A DNA stretch of 32,000 bases from Erysipelotrichaceae bacterium MTC7 (GTDB taxonomy: Bacteria > Bacillota_I > Bacilli_A > Erysipelotrichales > Erysipelotrichaceae). Location: positions 15,751 to 47,750 of the forward strand of contig LVZN01000011.1 in assembly GCA_001695645.1 (NCBI GenBank), read 5' to 3'. Below are positions 1 through 8,619 of this stretch, piece after piece (the stretch's first letter is position 1; each line of letters begins with the position of its first letter). Both the position numbers and the translations under genes were made by a program. The notes under the pieces are model-generated. The model did no database searches, was not told where the DNA came from, and saw only the letters and a program-made list of their open reading frames with translations.

Positions 1-175
1 GTGTCATATTACTCACATCAACAAGGTCTTTTGCTATATTGCTCACTAAATCGTAACCAATAAAAGAACTTGCCACAACAACAGGTTTATCACTTGTTTT
101 CTTATCAATGGTATTGGTACATCCACTTATCAAGGCAATGACAAGCAAAAGTAATGGTAGTAGTTTTCGTTTCAT
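1..175 (-). CDS. Metal (Zn/Mn-type) ABC transporter substrate-binding lipoprotein, N-terminal part only (gene runs off the left edge)
   Basis: Minus-strand ATG at 175-173 preceded by AAGGAG. It translates to MKRKLLPLLLLVIALISGCTNTIDKKTSDKPVVVASSFIGYDLVSNIAKDLVDVSNMT: a lipoprotein signal peptide with lipobox LISGC, then a VVAS..F..YD pattern typical of ZnuA/TroA/AdcA-type binding proteins. Absent from the ORF track because it is truncated. Confidence 0.6.
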   Translation of the reverse strand, partial: MKRKLLPLLLLVIALISGCTNTIDKKTSDKPVVVASSFIGYDLVSNIAKDLVDVSNMT

Positions 176-186
176 GCATATTCTCC

Positions 187-239
187 TTTTGCGAATCATT
201 CGCAAAAATGATTATACCACCAAAGTTAGACAGTGTAAA
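187..239 (-). promoter_or_regulatory. Promoter (-35 TTTACA, 17-nt spacer, -10 TATAAT on minus strand) followed by a Fur-family-style palindrome TTTTGCGAAT-C-ATTCGCAAAA
   Basis: Perfect inverted repeat at 187-207 centred on 197, with 7-1-7 type geometry (compare Zur TCGTAAT-n-ATTACGA and Fur TGATAAT-n-ATTATCA). It lies between the -10 (211-216, minus strand) and the RBS of the metal-binding lipoprotein gene. Confidence 0.55.
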
Positions 240-323
240 CTCATACAAGCAGTAAATAGTAGCTTTTCTATTTCCATCGATAGATATTTCTACTATAATG
301 AAGTTATTGGGAAAGGAGCTTTT

Positions 324-578
324 ATGGTTGGATATATTGCAGCAACACTAACAACAATTTCATTTGTGCCCCAAGTGATACAAGTCGTAAAAACAAAAGA
401 TACCTCAAGTATTTCTTTAGGAATGTACAGTCTATTTGTTATTGGGGTCGCTTTGTGGCTAGTCTATGGTCTTGTTATTGGTGATTTACCGATGATTATT
501 TCAAATGCCATTACGACTGTGTTATCAAGTGTGATTTTATCGTATAAAATACGCGCGGTTCTAGCAGCAAAAAAATAA
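324..578 (+). CDS. SemiSWEET / PQ-loop sugar transporter (84 aa, 3 TM)
   Basis: ATG at 324 preceded by GAAAGGAG (311-318). MVGYIAATLTTISFVPQVIQVVKTKDTSSISL... carries the PQ motif and 3-TM layout of bacterial SemiSWEETs. The upstream part of ORF 108-578 is an artefactual extension. Confidence 0.85.
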   Translation: MVGYIAATLTTISFVPQVIQVVKTKDTSSISLGMYSLFVIGVALWLVYGLVIGDLPMIISNAITTVLSSVILSYKIRAVLAAKK

Positions 579-587
579 AGAAATAAC

Positions 588-628
588 AAGATGTCAACAA
601 CATGTATAGGTTCTTGACATCTTTTTCT
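588..628 (+). terminator. Rho-independent terminator after SemiSWEET
   Basis: 10-bp perfect stem AAGATGTCAA (588-597) / TTGACATCTT (614-623) followed by a T-rich run. Confidence 0.7.
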
Positions 629-721
629 TACACTTTCTCAGTTCTATATTTTTCATACCATATTTACCACATATCAATACTATGTTATAATTTATTTCGA
701 AAAATATAAGGGAGAAATTTT

Positions 722-1081
722 ATGATAAGAAAAAAATCAATTGTTACTTGCGTGCTATTAAGCATCTTCACTTGTGGTATTTACACGTTGTATTGGGTAT
801 CTACAATCACAAATGATGTTGCATACTTACGTCAAGATTCATCGTATCGCTCAGGTGGGATGGCAGTTCTACTAACGATCATCACTTGTGGTATTTATGG
901 ATACTACTGGGTTTACCAAACAAGTAGAGATATTTACAGCTTAGAACAAGATAAGGAGTTTAGATCTTCAGACAACACGATTATCAATGTAATCTTTGCA
1001 ATCTTTACAGCGTTTGTTGTTCCTTTAGCAATTATGCAGTCATCAGTCAATAACCTAATCGATGCATCGCAACCATACTAA
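722..1081 (+). CDS. DUF4234-type membrane protein
   Basis: RBS GGGAG before the ATG. An internally duplicated TM motif, FTCGIYTLYWV and ITCGIYGYYWV, is characteristic of the DUF4234 family as I recall it. Confidence 0.7.
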   Translation: MIRKKSIVTCVLLSIFTCGIYTLYWVSTITNDVAYLRQDSSYRSGGMAVLLTIITCGIYGYYWVYQTSRDIYSLEQDKEFRSSDNTIINVIFAIFTAFVVPLAIMQSSVNNLIDASQPY

Positions 1082-1466
1082 AGATTTCATTTTGATGGGC
1101 ATTGCCTTCATCATCCTGTTTTTTGTGTTAGGTTACCATTGTCCAATCAACAGCATCCTTGGCATCCCTTGCCCAGGTTGTGGTATGACACGTGCATTTC
1201 TACAACTGTTGCAACTAGATGTTGCAAGTGCACTCTACTATCACCCACTGTGTATTGTCTTTGGTTTCTATGTGATCTTTATGGCGTATGTGTATATCAA
1301 AGAACATACCTTTTATGGAAACAAAGCTCGTTATGCGACTTGGTTTATGATTGCCTTATTTTTGGTCGTCTATATCATTCGCATGATTTACATCTTTCCA
1401 AATGCACCAATGTCATTGGAAAAAGATGCTGTCATTTTCAGGCTGATTGAAGTCATAAAAAATTAA
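1062..1466 (+). CDS. DUF2752-type membrane protein (CPGCGMTRA motif)
   Basis: The CPxCGxTR motif (GIPCPGCGMTRAF) plus 3-4 TM helices. The start is ambiguous: ATG 1062 overlaps the upstream gene, ATG 1095 (MGIAF) is the alternative, and neither has a strong RBS. Confidence 0.7.
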   Translation: MHRNHTKDFILMGIAFIILFFVLGYHCPINSILGIPCPGCGMTRAFLQLLQLDVASALYYHPLCIVFGFYVIFMAYVYIKEHTFYGNKARYATWFMIALFLVVYIIRMIYIFPNAPMSLEKDAVIFRLIEVIKN

Positions 1467-1477
1467 ATTAGTGTTAG

Positions 1478-1527
1478 AAAAAAGGTGTTGCCTTCATCAT
1501 GTTAAGATGAAGGTAGCACCTTTTTAT
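1478..1527. terminator. Bidirectional rho-independent terminator
   Basis: 15-bp stem GGTGTTGCCTTCATC / GATGAAGGTAGCACC (two G-U pairs), flanked by an A-run and a T-run. It sits between convergent genes ending at 1466 and 1524. Confidence 0.8.
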
Positions 1528-1769
1528 TGTAACAGTTCATAAAAAATCACAAGGATCATCAATATGGATAGTACGATACGAACCACCTTATAAGGTTTAG
1601 GTAATTGACTTCGCATATCCAAATACAATTTATAGATAACCATCACAAACAATAGCAGCAACACAGCATAAAAGAAAATTCCATGATAGTTGAAATACAT
1701 GCAGATGGCTGCCAAGATTAATGTGAAAAATACGGCATAGGTCATGACTTGTTCTTTAATAAATTTCAT
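1524..1769 (-). CDS. Small hypothetical membrane protein (81 aa, 2-3 TM)
   Basis: ATG at 1769 (MKFIKEQV) preceded by AGAGGAA; strongly hydrophobic; no recognisable family. Confidence 0.55.
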   Translation of the reverse strand: MKFIKEQVMTYAVFFTLILAAICMYFNYHGIFFYAVLLLLFVMVIYKLYLDMRSQLPKPYKVVRIVLSILMILVIFYELLQ

Positions 1770-1828
1770 ACAAAGTTCCTCTTGCTTATAGTTTATCATA
1801 GTTATGAATACTTATACTATAAAAATTG

Positions 1829-1877
1829 TTGACATTTAGTGACTTTTCGTTATAATTAGTTGAGTCGTCAACTAATT
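1829..1877 (+). promoter_or_regulatory. Sigma-A type promoter (TTGACA 1829-1834, TATAAT 1851-1856) overlapped by a 10-bp perfect inverted repeat, likely the MarR operator
   Basis: AATTAGTTGA (1854-1863) - GTCG - TCAACTAATT (1868-1877), immediately upstream of the RBS GGGAGG of the MarR gene. Confidence 0.65.
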
Positions 1878-1888
1878 GGGAGGAAGTT

Positions 1889-2326
1889 ATGCAAAAAAAT
1901 ATCGGACGTTTAGTGTCGATTGTCTATCGAAAACGGCAGTCCATTATCAATTCACTTTTTCAAGAAGAAAACTTACCAAATGCCGAAGTAAGTATTCTAC
2001 TACATCTCTATGGAAATGATGGTCTTTCACAAGAAAAACTGACCAAATATCTTTCCATTGATAAAGCGGCCATTGCCCGTAGCATTTCCTCGTTAGAGAC
2101 AAAAGGATATCTCCGTCGTGTCAAAAATCCAAAAGACAAACGCGAATATCAAATTCATTTAACCAAGCTTGGTATGGATTCGGAAGTGCTTGTCAAAGGA
2201 AAACTTGATCGATTAAATGAATCACTGCTTGATGGGGTTTCACAAAAAGATATCGACATCGCCTACGATGTGCTAACAAACATCGTCAACAATCTTGGAA
2301 TCAAACTCCAAGAGGAAAGGAAATAA
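1889..2326 (+). CDS. MarR family transcriptional regulator
   Basis: 145 aa; winged-HTH region LSQEKLTKYLSIDKAAIARSISSLETKGYLRRVKNPKDKREYQIHLT is typical MarR. It is the first gene of an operon with two ABC exporter genes. Confidence 0.9.
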   Translation: MQKNIGRLVSIVYRKRQSIINSLFQEENLPNAEVSILLHLYGNDGLSQEKLTKYLSIDKAAIARSISSLETKGYLRRVKNPKDKREYQIHLTKLGMDSEVLVKGKLDRLNESLLDGVSQKDIDIAYDVLTNIVNNLGIKLQEERK

Positions 2327-2327
2327 T

Positions 2328-4073
2328 ATGATAAAAACCTTAAGTAAAAGTATCAGAGAATATAAAAAAGATTCCATCAAAACGCCAATTTATGTTTCTT
2401 TAGAAGTCATTATTGAATGTTTTATTCCGTTTCTTATCGCCTCTTTGGTCAATGAAATTAAAGCGGGAACCAATATTTCACATCTACTGTTTCAAGGAAT
2501 CTTCTTGGTCATTCTTGCAGGTGTTTCCTTAACCTTAGGAACCTTATCGGGTTATGCTTGTGCCAGTGCATCTTGTGGGTTTGCCAAAAACCTACGTAAA
2601 GATATGTACTACAACATTCAAAACTTTAGTTTTGCCAACATCGATCGTTTCTCGACATCATCACTGGTAACCCGACTAACAACGGATGTAACCAATGTGC
2701 AAATGGCATATATGATGATCATTCGTACTGCGGTTCGTGGACCGATTATGATTGTCTTTGCCTTTGTGATGGCGTACATCATGGGTGGAAAAATGGCGTT
2801 CGTTTATTTGTTTACTGCACCTGTGCTTGGTTTTGGATTATTCTTTGTGATGCGCAAAACCATTCCAATTTTCAAACGTGTATTTAAAAAATACGACAAA
2901 CTAAACTCATCTGTTCAAGAAAACGTAAAAGCCATTCGCGTGGTAAAAGCGTTTGTTCGTGAAGATTACGAAATGACAAAGTTTGAAAGTGCTGCTACAA
3001 GTGTAACAGCTGACTTTACCAAAGCCGAACGCATTCTTGCTTGGAATGCACCAATCATGCAATTCTGTATTTACTTTATGATGATTTTTGTCTTAACTGT
3101 AGGATCTTATACAGTGATTACCAGTCGTGGAATGGATTTGGATGTTGGACAAATGTCGGCATTGCTTACCTATTCAATGATGATTTTAAACTCCTTAATG
3201 ATGCTATCGATGGTCTTTGTTATGATCACCATGGCAGATGAATCAAGTCACCGTATCGTTGAAGTACTAAACGAAAAAACAACCATTGATGAAAACGTCG
3301 ATGGGCTTACGGATGTTAAAGATGGTTCGATTGATTTTAATGATGTTAATTTTGCTTACTCATCACACGCGCAAAAGATGGCGTTAAGCGATGTCAATTT
3401 ACACATTGCTTCTGGTCAAACCGTGGGAATTGTTGGTGGTACAGGTAGTTCCAAAACAACACTTGTGCAACTGATTGCGCGTTTGTACGATGTCACAACC
3501 GGAACGGTAAAAGTGGCTGGTACAAATGTTAAAGACTACAACCTCGATGCTTTGCGCAATCAAGTATCAATGGTCTTACAAAAGAACGTATTGTTCTCAG
3601 GTACGATTAAAGATAACCTACGTTGGGGAAACGAACATGCAACAGATGAAGAAATGATCGAAGCATGTAAACTTGCGCAAGCAGATGAGTTTATCTCACG
3701 CTTCCCTGAAGGATACGATACGTACATCGAGCAAGGTGGAACGAACGTTTCTGGTGGACAAAAGCAACGACTTTGTATCGCTCGTGCCTTATTGAAAAAA
3801 CCAAAAATCTTAATTCTTGATGATTCAACTAGTGCTGTTGATACCAAAACCGATGCGCTAATTCGTCAAGGGTTTGAAAAGTTTATTCCCGATACAACAA
3901 AAATCATCATTGCCCAACGAATTGCTTCAGTTGAAGACAGTGATCTAATTATTGTTATGGATAGAGGAAAAGTTCATGCAACTGGTACACACGATGAACT
4001 GCTTGCAAACAATGAGCTTTACCAAGAAATTTATTACTCACAAAACAAGAAAGGAGAAGTACTCGATGCATAA
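2328..4073 (+). CDS. ABC exporter permease/ATPase, degenerate-site subunit of a heterodimer
   Basis: Six-TM domain plus NBD. Walker A GGTGSSKTT, signature VSGGQKQR, Walker B ILILDDS (Asp instead of the catalytic Glu), switch IIIAQR (Gln instead of His). ATG at 2328 lies just after the MarR stop. Confidence 0.9.
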   Translation: MIKTLSKSIREYKKDSIKTPIYVSLEVIIECFIPFLIASLVNEIKAGTNISHLLFQGIFLVILAGVSLTLGTLSGYACASASCGFAKNLRKDMYYNIQNFSFANIDRFSTSSLVTRLTTDVTNVQMAYMMIIRTAVRGPIMIVFAFVMAYIMGGKMAFVYLFTAPVLGFGLFFVMRKTIPIFKRVFKKYDKLNSSVQENVKAIRVVKAFVREDYEMTKFESAATSVTADFTKAERILAWNAPIMQFCIYFMMIFVLTVGSYTVITSRGMDLDVGQMSALLTYSMMILNSLMMLSMVFVMITMADESSHRIVEVLNEKTTIDENVDGLTDVKDGSIDFNDVNFAYSSHAQKMALSDVNLHIASGQTVGIVGGTGSSKTTLVQLIARLYDVTTGTVKVAGTNVKDYNLDALRNQVSMVLQKNVLFSGTIKDNLRWGNEHATDEEMIEACKLAQADEFISRFPEGYDTYIEQGGTNVSGGQKQRLCIARALLKKPKILILDDSTSAVDTKTDALIRQGFEKFIPDTTKIIIAQRIASVEDSDLIIVMDRGKVHATGTHDELLANNELYQEIYYSQNKKGEVLDA

Positions 4074-5955
4074 TCAATCTCATACAAGTGTCGCATGGCG
4101 ACTGATTAAAACCGTATTCTCCTTTTATCCAGTGGCAATGCCAATTATGGTGGTTTGTATTGTCTTCAATGCCATCATTGGTAGTGTGCCTTCCATCTTT
4201 ATGCAAAATGTCATCGCCATCATCGAACAAAACTGGGAACATGGCTCATGGTCTAGCGTCAGTGGTGAAATCATCAGTCTTGTGTCCATTTTGATTGCAC
4301 TTTACGTACTTGCTTTACTTTCAAGTATTATCTTCAATCAAATGATGGCTGTTGTTTCGCAAGGGACTCTTCGTAAATTTCGCATCAAGATGTTTGAGAA
4401 AATGGAAAAACTACCCATTTCTTACTTTGATCAAAATCCACACGGAGACATTATGTCTTACTATACAAACGATGTGGACACTTTACGTCAAATCATTTCG
4501 CAAAGTTTCCCCCAACTACTCATCTCCTCACTAACGGTTATTACCATCTTTGGTATCATGCTTTATTTCTCACTTTGGATGACAGCCGTTGTGGCCGTTG
4601 GTATTATCATCATGTTATATGTGACACGTAAGATTGCTGGAGGAAGTGCAAAATTCTTCCTACGCCAACAAAACGCGTTAGCCAAAGAAGAAGGTTTTGT
4701 GGAAGAGATGATGAACGGTCAAAAAGTCATCAAAGTCTTTACACATGAAACACAAAGTAAAGAAGCCTTTGATGTCATCAACGAACAACTGTTCTCCGAT
4801 TCACGGCAAGCCAACAAATATGCAAATACTTTAGCTCCAATCATTATGAATATTGGAAACGTGTTGTATGTTGTAGCTGCCATCTTTGGTGGAATTTTCA
4901 TTGTAGCTAATGTACAAAACATTTCATTTTCGGGACTGGCACTAAGTGTCAGTGTGGTCATTCCCTTCTTAAACATGACCCGTCAATTTTCAGGAAACAT
5001 CAACCAAGTCAGTCAACAAGTAAATGCTGTAGTTATGGGACTTGCTGGTGCCCGCCGTGTCTTTGAACTCCTTGATCAAGAAGAAGAAAAAGATGAAGGA
5101 TATGTAACTCTAGTGAATGCAAAAGAAGTCGATGGAAAACTTGTCCCATGCAAAGAACGTACTGGTATTTGGGCTTGGCAGCATCCCCACAAAGCCGATG
5201 GAAGTATTACCTACAAAAAAGTAGAAGGTGATGTACGACTGGTTGATGTCGATTTCGCTTATGTTCCAGGAAAAACGATTTTACATGATATTAGTCTATA
5301 CGCAGAACCTGGGCAAAAAGTAGCGTTTGTTGGTTCAACAGGTGCTGGTAAAACAACCATCACTAACTTGTTAAATCGTTTCTACGATATCCAAAAAGGA
5401 AAAATACGTTACGATGGCATCAACATTGATAAAATCAAAAAATCCGATCTTCGTCGCTCCATTGGAATCGTGTTACAGGATACCAACCTATTCACCGATA
5501 CCGTACTAGAGAATATCCGTTATGGAAAACTTGATGCAACGAATGAAGAATGTATGATTGCTGCTAGACTTGCTGGTGCTGATGATTTCATCAGTCGTTT
5601 GCCAGATGGCTACAACACCATGTTAACAGGTGATGGAGCAAACTTAAGTCAAGGGCAACGACAACTAATCAGTATTGCCCGTGCAGCTGTTGCAGATCTT
5701 CCAGTTATGATTTTGGATGAAGCGACAAGTTCAATTGATACGCGCACCGAAGAAACCGTACAACGTGGTATGGACGCACTGATGTTGGGTCGTACCGTAT
5801 TCGTGATTGCACACCGTTTATCAACAATTAAAAACGCTGATGTTATCATGGTGATGGAACATGGACGCATCATTGAACGTGGAAGCCATGAAGAACTACT
5901 TAAAGAAAAAGGAACCTATTATCAACTGTACACTGGTGCATTTGAACTAGAATAG
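4066..5955 (+). CDS. ABC exporter permease/ATPase, consensus-site subunit of a heterodimer
   Basis: ATG 4066 overlaps the upstream stop (ATGCATAA). Walker A GSTGAGKTT, Walker B VMILDEATS, H-loop VIAHRLS, but signature LSQGQRQ (degenerate). Confidence 0.9.
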   Translation: MHNQSHTSVAWRLIKTVFSFYPVAMPIMVVCIVFNAIIGSVPSIFMQNVIAIIEQNWEHGSWSSVSGEIISLVSILIALYVLALLSSIIFNQMMAVVSQGTLRKFRIKMFEKMEKLPISYFDQNPHGDIMSYYTNDVDTLRQIISQSFPQLLISSLTVITIFGIMLYFSLWMTAVVAVGIIIMLYVTRKIAGGSAKFFLRQQNALAKEEGFVEEMMNGQKVIKVFTHETQSKEAFDVINEQLFSDSRQANKYANTLAPIIMNIGNVLYVVAAIFGGIFIVANVQNISFSGLALSVSVVIPFLNMTRQFSGNINQVSQQVNAVVMGLAGARRVFELLDQEEEKDEGYVTLVNAKEVDGKLVPCKERTGIWAWQHPHKADGSITYKKVEGDVRLVDVDFAYVPGKTILHDISLYAEPGQKVAFVGSTGAGKTTITNLLNRFYDIQKGKIRYDGINIDKIKKSDLRRSIGIVLQDTNLFTDTVLENIRYGKLDATNEECMIAARLAGADDFISRLPDGYNTMLTGDGANLSQGQRQLISIARAAVADLPVMILDEATSSIDTRTEETVQRGMDALMLGRTVFVIAHRLSTIKNADVIMVMEHGRIIERGSHEELLKEKGTYYQLYTGAFELE

Positions 5956-5956
5956 C

Positions 5957-5987
5957 AAAAAAGGATTCTTCGCGAATCCTTTTTTTA
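5957..5987. terminator. Bidirectional terminator
   Basis: AAAAAGGATTC-TTCGC-GAATCCTTTTTTT between convergent genes (stops at 5955 and 5985). Confidence 0.8.
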
Positions 5988-6647
5988 TATCCATTGGTTA
6001 TTCTCTATATATGCTTTTGCATCAAGTAATGACTTTGCAATATAGATCGCTTGTTTCTTTTGTATATCAGTAGCTAGTAGTAAATCAGGAACCATAATAC
6101 ATGGAATGCCTGCACGATATGCCGCTTCTACTCCTAAGTGCGAATCTTCTAAAATAAGTGCATGGTTCTTTTCTACACCTAAACAATCCACGATTGTGTT
6201 ATACATCTCTGGATCTGGTTTACGTTTACTGACTTCATTACCACATAGGATGTAGCAAAATTCATCAAAGAGATCTACTCGCTTTAAGCGTTCATCATTC
6301 AGTTCACGCTTTGTTGATGTTCCTACTGCAACCTTCACACCATGAGCTTTCAGATATGCAATAAGTTCTCTTGCTCCTGGTTTTACTTCCAGTTCTTGTT
6401 CCAATAGTTTCATTCCCGTCTCACGAACATCATCTAAGATTGCAAGTGGATCATTTTGGTCTTTTAATTCTTCTAGCATAATTGCTTCTACTACAGTGCC
6501 AGTATGCCCAACACATTTATAAAATACTTCATCACTTAAGCGCTCAATATTGTACTTTTTCCCAATCAGTTGCCATGCTTTTTGCCATACACTTTCCGTG
6601 TCTAGCAATAACCCATCAACATCAAATATAACTAACTCTAAACTCAT
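5985..6647 (-). CDS. HAD-superfamily hydrolase (beta-phosphoglucomutase-like sugar phosphatase)
   Basis: MSLELVIFDVDGLLLDTE (DxDG nucleophile motif), GTSTKRE, KPDPEMY, EDSHLGVEAA. Start at ATG 6647, preceded by AGAGGG. Confidence 0.85.
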   Translation of the reverse strand: MSLELVIFDVDGLLLDTESVWQKAWQLIGKKYNIERLSDEVFYKCVGHTGTVVEAIMLEELKDQNDPLAILDDVRETGMKLLEQELEVKPGARELIAYLKAHGVKVAVGTSTKRELNDERLKRVDLFDEFCYILCGNEVSKRKPDPEMYNTIVDCLGVEKNHALILEDSHLGVEAAYRAGIPCIMVPDLLLATDIQKKQAIYIAKSLLDAKAYIENNQWI

Positions 6648-6683
6648 GATAACCCTCTTTTTCTCTTTCAAGTATAGCAGTTC

Positions 6684-7541
6684 TTAGACATGCAAACAAT
6701 CTTCAGTTTTTTCTTGATTATGCATATTCACTTTTTCCATACAGACATTTACGAGTAAAGCACAAATCATCAAGCATGCACCAATCGCTGCCGTAAATGT
6801 AAATGACTCATGTAAAAATAGAAGCCCCCATAAAGACGTAAATAGTATTTCTGACATACAAATTACGTTTGCAGTAAATGCATTTGTGGTTTGAATACCT
6901 TTGGTAAAAAAGAAACCAGATAATCCATTTTGGATAATTCCAACAACCAAAATTAATGGAAGTTTAGGTAAAGCAAGAACAACTAATTCGCCTTGATATG
7001 CACATACTCCAAGAATGATATTTATCATAAATGCAAAAATCAATGCACTGTATGGATGTGCTTGATTCTTTGTATTGAGATAGAATTGGAGCCCAAAGAA
7101 AGCACCAGAAATAATTGCTAATGCATTTCCTACCATACCTCCTGCTTCTAAACTATCAACAAAGAATATTCCAATTCCTAAAAACGCGAGTAAAATTACA
7201 CCAATTTGATATGGCTTTGGCATTTTACGATGATCAATACTTTGATAGATCAATACAAAAATCATGGAACTATACTGTAAGACAATTGCATTAGAAATAC
7301 TTGTATTTTGATTGGCATATACAAAAGTTACCTGCATGAGCACTTGGCAAATGGCACATATGATAATAAAAAGACTGCACTTTATTGGGGCTTTTCGGTG
7401 GATCAGTAAGGTGAAAAGTAATGCGATAATACTTGTACTTCCTGATATAACAATACCAGGAAGGTCTAAGAACCTTACAAATAATCCTGAAGTACTCCAA
7501 AAAATAGCAGTCAAAAAGATATAAATTTTACCTTTATCCAT
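6684..7541 (-). CDS. EamA/DMT-family transporter (10 TM)
   Basis: Two-fold repeated 5-TM hydrophobic layout typical of the drug/metabolite transporter superfamily. ATG 7541 overlaps the IIA stop (TGATG); the ORF track begins at TTG 7544. Confidence 0.75.
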   Translation of the reverse strand: MDKGKIYIFLTAIFWSTSGLFVRFLDLPGIVISGSTSIIALLFTLLIHRKAPIKCSLFIIICAICQVLMQVTFVYANQNTSISNAIVLQYSSMIFVLIYQSIDHRKMPKPYQIGVILLAFLGIGIFFVDSLEAGGMVGNALAIISGAFFGLQFYLNTKNQAHPYSALIFAFMINIILGVCAYQGELVVLALPKLPLILVVGIIQNGLSGFFFTKGIQTTNAFTANVICMSEILFTSLWGLLFLHESFTFTAAIGACLMICALLVNVCMEKVNMHNQEKTEDCLHV

Positions 7542-7963
7542 CAATCATCAAATGGATCATCTTCACTTGCTGATGCAGTAAACATGCCAACTTGTTCCTT
7601 ACCGATTGTAGATACTTGTGCCAAAATCGTATCAATGTCTTCTTCCATACTCACTTTTACTGCAGTATCTAATAACATTCCTAGATTACATCCATAAAAT
7701 ACATGATACTTTTCTTCTTGCATCGCTTTCATAATAGCAGCATTAAATGGAGACCCACTTAATAAATCCGCAAAAACGATTACATGCTCATAGTCTTTCA
7801 TGCATACATATGCTTCATCTAAGTTTTTCTGTAATTCTGTCGCAGTGTCTGTGCTAGGAAAATCGACCGTATATACATGTGGTTGATTTCCCATAATCAC
7901 TTCAAGTGCACTTTTAAATCCACTTGGTAAATGACCATGTCCAATAATTAATATTCCAATCAT
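7541..7963 (-). CDS. PTS mannose/fructose/sorbose-family EIIA
   Basis: MIGILIIGHGHLPSGFKSALEVIMG carries the N-terminal phosphorylatable His loop of EIIA-Man. ATGA overlap with the upstream HAD gene. Confidence 0.85.
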   Translation of the reverse strand: MIGILIIGHGHLPSGFKSALEVIMGNQPHVYTVDFPSTDTATELQKNLDEAYVCMKDYEHVIVFADLLSGSPFNAAIMKAMQEEKYHVFYGCNLGMLLDTAVKVSMEEDIDTILAQVSTIGKEQVGMFTASASEDDPFDD

Positions 7964-8619
7964 ACTGATAATTCCTCAACATATTCTTTAATTTCTAATA
8001 AATCTTGAATCACGTGATCTGCTTTTCTATTATCATGCCTAATCACTCGATCTTCAAGAGCTAATACAAAAAGTCCTGCTTGTTTTGCTGCTTGAATACC
8101 ATATACAGAATCTTCAACAACAACGATATCCTCTCGATTTGCTTTCATTTTTTGAATCATTGTTTCATAGATTTCTGGATGTGGTTTGGTTTGTGTAAAA
8201 TCTTCTCCACTTAGTATATATGTAAAGTATGAACGAATCTTACATGCATCCAATACCTCAAGTATATTGTCCATTGGCGATGATGATGCAAGTCCAATTA
8301 CTATTTGATGTTCACTAAGGTAAGCTAGGATTTCATCAACTCCTGGCTTTTTAATTTTACTGTAGTCAACTGGATGTTGCACAAAGAATGCATCTTTGCG
8401 TTTACGTGTTTCTTCAATTGAAAGATTGAGAAAGGAAGAAATTAAAATGTCTTCCTTTTCTCGTGATGAACCGACAAGTTCGAGCATATCTTCAACAGTT
8501 TTATATACTCCTTGCTCGTGTAGAAACTGTACAAAAAGTTCTAAATACACGATTTCACTATTAATGAGTACACCATCCATGTCGAATACTACATAGTGTT
8601 TTTTATTCAAAGTGTGCAA
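7960..8619 (-). CDS. HAD-superfamily phosphatase
   Basis: YVVFDMDGVLINSE, ASSSP, KPHPEIY, EDSVYGIQAA motifs. It must start at a non-ATG codon (TTG 8619 or 8610) because the first ATG lies inside the DxDG motif. Overlaps the SIS gene end by up to 17 nt. Confidence 0.8.
   Translation of the reverse strand: MHTLNKKHYVVFDMDGVLINSEIVYLELFVQFLHEQGVYKTVEDMLELVGSSREKEDILISSFLNLSIEETRKRKDAFFVQHPVDYSKIKKPGVDEILAYLSEHQIVIGLASSSPMDNILEVLDACKIRSYFTYILSGEDFTQTKPHPEIYETMIQKMKANREDIVVVEDSVYGIQAAKQAGLFVLALEDRVIRHDNRKADHVIQDLLEIKEYVEELSV

Noticed and set aside
108-323. N-terminal 72 codons of ORF 108-578
   Set aside because: The region overlaps the divergent lipoprotein gene start, its promoter and the palindrome. 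It has no RBS, whereas ATG 324 has GAAAGGAG and yields a complete SemiSWEET.
1139-1450. 103-aa ORF nested in another frame of the DUF2752 gene
   Set aside because: Cys/Trp-rich nonsense composition with no RBS, lying entirely inside a gene with a recognisable family motif.
3041-5873. Short ORFs inside or antisense to the ABC genes (3041-3241, 3560-3847, 3955-4242, 4352-4534, 4719-4976, 5649-5873)
   Set aside because: Shadow ORFs of long, motif-rich genes, with odd composition and no RBS.
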